A stretch of 53,184 nucleotides of DNA, the filler included, from Jimgerdemannia flammicorona (taxonomy: Eukaryota): assembly GCA_003990765.1 (NCBI GenBank). It is 3 parts of 3 records of this genome, joined end to end, with 100 filler letters (N's around TTAATTAATTAA, not from the genome) between each part and the next. Parts side by side here need not be neighbours in the genome. Positions count along the whole stretch, not along the records: positions 35,528 to 53,184 come from RBNJ01002460.1; 2 more parts are not named here. One strand, written 5' to 3'. The position numbers were made by a program, and so were the translations under genes. This document shows, in pieces, positions 49,044-53,184 of the stretch (the stretch's first letter is position 1; each line of letters opens with the position of its first letter). The notes under the pieces are model-generated. The model made no database searches and was not told where the DNA came from. It saw only the letters and a list, made by a program, of their open reading frames with translations.

Positions 49044-50940
49044 TAGTGGTAGGAGAGATAGTAATCTCTATAATATAGTACTTATGCTAAGATCTCAGAA
49101 TGATATAGCTGGTGATGTCAAATGTCCTAACAGTGAAGAAGAAGATAGCCAGGGGGCTAATTGTTGATATTATCAAGGAGTATAGATATGTAGTAGATGT
49201 GGACTTCTGGGTCTGAGAGGGTACAGAGTTCAGAACTAGAGATGTAGATATTAGGGTAAGACTGGTAGATAAGAAGAATACTGAAAGGAGAGTAATTAAC
49301 TGGTAGTACTTAAGTGGAGACCAGTGGAGTGCAAGGTCTTAAGGATCAAGAGGATGTCAGAGGAGAAAAAAGACTTACTAGAGATATTATAGGACTTGGC
49401 TGGAACTATTGAGAAGAAGAGACTAGTCTAAAAGAAGTATGAGGCTAAGACAGTAGTAGAGATAGTAAATGGCAAGCAAGATTGAGCTACCTGGGAGAGG
49501 GTGTAGGAGAGGCAGTATCAGAAGGATTTACTGATAAAGTTGGGTAGATAGTCAGAGGGGGGAAAAGCTGCTGATGAAGTCAGATAAAGGGTCAGTACTT
49601 AGATAGAGGAGGAGAAGATAGTAGTAAAGGTGACCTTAGCAGAAGAGAGAGATCTAGAGCAAAGGGTAGTGGTGGTGGATGAGGTGATAGTAGAGGTGAC
49701 TCAAGTTCAGTATGATGTACCTGTAGTAGATGAAGGAAATGATGAGCTATAGGATATGCTGAAGGAGGACTGAGATGAGTCGATAAGGGCAGATGCTGAT
49801 GATGGTCAAGTGGCTAGAGAACAGAAGGTGGGCTAAGGAGTAGATGAGGTCATTAGAGAGAAGAGATAGTTGTGGATAATATTGATAAATATCACAGCTG
49901 ATGAGTTGGGTGAGGTAGACTTCAGAGTGATCAGTGAGAGATACTAGAGAGAGGTTCTGTGAGGTAAAGAAGTAGTATAGAAAATTCAAGATGAGCTGAT
50001 AGCAGGTCTGCTGGAGACAGAGGAGTATAAAGTCAATAGAGACAGAGAGGCAGAGTTGATGGCAATTGTGAATAACTAGATAACCTATCTCTAGGGCTCT
50101 AAAAAGGGGTTGTAAAGTAGCAGATAGTATGTGAGGAGTACTGATCTAATATAGAGACTGTAGATGGTGAGAACTATTAGGAGATCTTAGTGGCTCTGAA
50201 TGCCCAACAGGAAGAGACTGAGGAGCTTGAAGCAGAAAGGAACTTAGATATCACTAGGAATATAGTAAGTATAGAACTATAGAGTGAGCAACCTTCTTAA
50301 TAATATTTATTCAATATAAATAATATAATCAGTATTTTATCTTTAAATATCAATAGGTTATAGGGTGTGGTGAGGCAGTAGAATATTTTCTGCTGGTTGA
50401 AGGGACTGAATATAGATCTATTTCTACTACAGGATATTGAATGTAATGTAGACTTGAATGTGCTGAACTGGAGGAGAGAATGGGGTAAAGCAGCTGTTTA
50501 GCAGAGCCAAGTGGGCATTTTGGTTAAGAAAGATAAAATATTATTAGAGACATTGGACATTGAGAAGACAGAGTAATGTGGGGGATATAGCAGAGGCTAG
50601 GCAGGAGCCCCTTGACTGTTGGATCTGTTTATTGTCCAGCAGAAAGGAGAGAGTGAGTAAAGTAGATAAGAGAACTTTATGAGACAGAAGTATTGATAGA
50701 GATAAAGATTGACTGTTTATATGGAGACTTTAACATAATTCAAGATAGGCTGTTAAATAGAACTGATGGGGGGAGAGAGATACTGGCAGGAGTAGGAGTG
50801 TTAAAGGCTAGGAAGAGATTGAGAGATTGAGCTCTTAATAGATGTGGGATAATTTGGATAGAGGAATCACAGGATCTATACTCACTGAGTAGCAGGGTTA
50901 GGCTCAAGAATTGATTGAATGTTAACTATAGAGTACTAGA
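42421..50940 (+). mobile_element. Family L copy D, old (about 42421-43179 and 49040-50940), split by copy C
   Basis: Decayed ORF1 (LLKKSVSKF...GAALVKFLKGLE) resumes after the copy C poly(A) and runs into the APE domain (ILSLNINRL, GDFN, RID). Confidence 0.82.
43180..49039 (+). mobile_element. Family L copy C, near full length, with poly(A) and 16-bp TSD; ORF1 43249-45276, ORF2 45307-~48953, both with stops
   Basis: AAAGAGGTAGTGGTAG at 43164-43179 and 49037-49052. AATAAA at ~48987 followed by an A-tract. APE, RT and Zn motifs as in copy A. Confidence 0.95.
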
Positions 50941-51359
50941 AGCCCTTAGCTATTCTTCTTCTAACTTATGACAAGAGTAGATACTAATTTTCAAAATAAC
51001 AAAAAGTCAATAATTAAAAACTGTATTTTTGAGCAATAAGATATTATAATTATGAAAAATATCCAGATTGCCAAGACTTCTATATCAGAAGATTTACCTC
51101 AATTAAGATATTACTATTGTAACAGTGACCCCAGAATGATGACATCAGCACAGGAGACAGCCTTTCTTTACAAGCCACCAGATCAGAGTATAAGAAGATC
51201 ATACGGCATAAGAGATAAGCAATGATGACCAACTGTGAGTCATTGTGACCACAGCACAAGTATCCTGAAGAATATAAAAGAAGGATCAAGGAACCGCAGT
51301 AGTAGCAACCAACAAGAACCACCAATCCCAAAATAGCTCAAAGACTTACCACAAACAAA

Positions 51360-52187
51360 ATGCCTGCTGCCCACCAAACCTCAAGGTCAAGGAATCATCA
51401 AGGTATCTCGGTCGAGGAAAGGATGTTTCAAGACATCAGAAGAGCTGTGAGGACCCACTCAAGAAGGACTCCTAGTGTCAACCTGGGTACTGCAGACCCC
51501 TACCACTTTATTCTCTACCACTGCGAAATGGAAACAAGGATCACCATTGCTACCGAATGCCTCCAAATATGGCAGGAGTACGAAATAGGAAACCTCCTCT
51601 GCCAGGAGTTCCCACAGGCCAGCCCTCAAGAGCTACAAGATACCACCCCCATAAACCTACGTGAGGCAAGGACAGCAAAGAAGATCCATTAGATCTTTAG
51701 GCATGCATCATGGTCGATCCCCAACTTGGAGTATGTTAGAGTCTCAGACTTCAGAGACCTGTCATCCCGCTGTATCAATGCACTAGAAGCCAGGGTAGCT
51801 ACAGAAGCCCAGTCTACCATCACCCTCAATAGTAAAGAAGTAGAAGACTTCTGGCACCCTATCCTTCAGGACAACCCAGACCAATTCCTGCAAGGATTGA
51901 TCTCAGTATTCCAAGGCCCAAGCATCCAGGTTAGATCTCCCCAAGACCCCACATTTGTCCCCTATTTTGTGGAAGAGAACCTCATAGACTGGAGAGCTCC
52001 AGACCTTGTTCCCGATTTTCCCGCCACACCTGAATGTGATGACGTCATCAATGACATCATCCCACATGACATACCCGAAGCATGCGAAATGCGTGACCTA
52101 TATGATGAATTCGCAGACCTCATCTCCTTCAGTGATGATGATGATGATGATGATAAAGCTCCCATGATCCTGAACTTTCTGCTCTAA
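51360..52187 (+). pseudogene. ~275-codon ORF of unknown function with an acidic C-terminus and one in-frame TAG (51690-51692)
   Basis: ORFs 51360-51692 and 51726-52187 are in the same frame, separated only by a TAG (plausibly from CAG). Confidence 0.6.
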
Positions 52188-52193
52188 GTTCTT

Positions 52194-52400
52194 TGTTACA
52201 CTGGATAATACCAGCACTGGTATTCTCATGTAACACTAGATAATGCCAGCACCGGTATTCTCATGTAATACTGGATAATGCCAGCACTGATATTCTCATG
52301 TAACACTGGATAATGCCAGCACCGGTATTCTGAGGTGACGCGAAATTATTCCAGCACCGGTATTTTGATGTGGTACTAAATAATGCTAGCCCTGGAACTT
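52194..52400 (+). repeat. 35-bp tandem repeat, 4 good + 2 degenerate units
   Basis: Consensus TGTAACACTGGATAATGCCAGCACCGGTATTCTCA; units start at 52194, 52229, 52264 and 52299. Confidence 0.93.
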
Positions 52401-52708
52401 AGTAGTTTTAGTTATTGGAATTTATATTTAGCTTTATATCTTAGCAACCATTGAATTATATTTTGTATAAATACCTCTCTTATTTCCTCTGAAATAAAGT
52501 CAGTTCCTCTCAGTGCAATACACATACTTCCTTGCAAGCAATCTAAGAGATAACAAGACAGTTAAAGATAAGAAGTTTGAGGACTATAAGATCTTAGGAA
52601 GGCACTCCAATAAGAACTTGCTTATAACAAACTTGAGTTAGTCTAAGAGATATACCTTGAAGAGAATCTGGCATATTTGAAGGACTCAGCGACCACTATG
52701 TGACAACT

Positions 52709-52725
52709 TGGTGCCTATTGGCTGG
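52709..52725 (+). promoter_or_regulatory. Putative primer-binding site
   Basis: TGGTGCCTATTGGCTGG starts 3 nt after the LTR-terminal CA. The cognate tRNA was not identified. Confidence 0.5.
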
Positions 52726-52825
52726 TGATTCAAGACAAATCCCTCACTTTCAAGCTGAAAAATGAACAACTTCCACAACAACTACCCTGACTACAAGAGT
52801 CACCCCTGCAAGAATTCAAGACAAG

Positions 52826-53184
52826 ATGGAAATGCATCCCCCCACATTCTATGGATATATTACTGAAGAGTCAATTCTGACCTTCATTGAAGACTTTGAA
52901 CAATTCGCTGCCGTACGAGCTCTTGGTGTGGATGCTCAATTGGCCCTTCTACCAGTCAGCCTCAGAGGACCTGCTAGAGACAAGTTTAATGCAGCCACCA
53001 TTGCTGATGCTGGTGCAGCCAAACTTACCAACATGAAGGCCTTCCTCAGAACAACATATTATACTGAAGAGATCAAGCAAGCTCTCAAGGATCAACTCAA
53101 TACTATCTGCCAGGGACTTAGTGAAGATCCCAACTCATTCTATACCTGAATTTGCCACCAGATTGTCTTGGCTGGCTATGATGA
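52826..53184 (+). pseudogene. Family G2 gag, N-terminal part (runs off the window; TGA at 53147)
   Basis: PPTFYG...FIEDFE...LRGPARDKF...ICQGLSEDPNSFY is retrotransposon-gag-like and homologous to 8490-8750. Confidence 0.8.

Larger units (their letters stand above)
51118..52705 (+). repeat. Putative long (~1.59 kb) 5' LTR of family G2
   Basis: TGTAACA at a compositional boundary (51118) ... TGTGACA (52705), followed after 3 nt by a PBS-like TGGTGCC and then gag. TATAAATA ~52467, AATAAA ~52493. The right end is well supported, the left end is inferred; no partner LTR in the window. Confidence 0.55.

Noticed and set aside
52194..52400. 35-bp repeats (and the ~60-bp repeats at 30131-30308) as a CRISPR array
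   Set aside because: Units are directly tandem with no unique spacers, there are no cas genes, and the context is eukaryotic.
1..53184. Assigning the window to a specific fungal taxon
   Set aside because: TTAGGG repeats, short introns, a chromovirus and repeat decay point to a fungus, but nothing here is diagnostic of a genus without a search.

Overview
Eukaryotic, most likely fungal, repeat-dense DNA in three contigs joined by two 100-bp artificial spacers (N44-TTAATTAATTAA-N44 at 17667-17766 and 35428-35527), so adjacency across the spacers is unproven. Most of the window is nested, C>T-decayed transposons. These are: at least 8 copies or fragments of one L1/Tx1-like LINE family ('L'); a head-to-tail pair of a second APE-RT LINE family ('T') that ends in CCCTAA telomeric repeats instead of poly(A); a chromovirus remnant; a gypsy-like family with a dUTPase and apparently a ~1.6-kb LTR carrying its own ORF; and a complete hAT element with an 8-bp TSD, a second divergent gene and twin palindromes. 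The only intact host-like gene is at 30716->35427. Three ORF-track ORFs splice in frame (3 predicted introns) into one protein of at least ~1,490 aa: CHAT caspase-like protease (with a basic 9-aa repeat insert), STAND/NB-ARC, a degenerate Ras-like GTPase fold (with an acidic 5-aa repeat insert), then a second STAND/NB-ARC running into the gap. This NLR-like architecture and the telomere-ended LINEs are the best candidates for something new. All domain calls are by eye from motifs; no searches were run.
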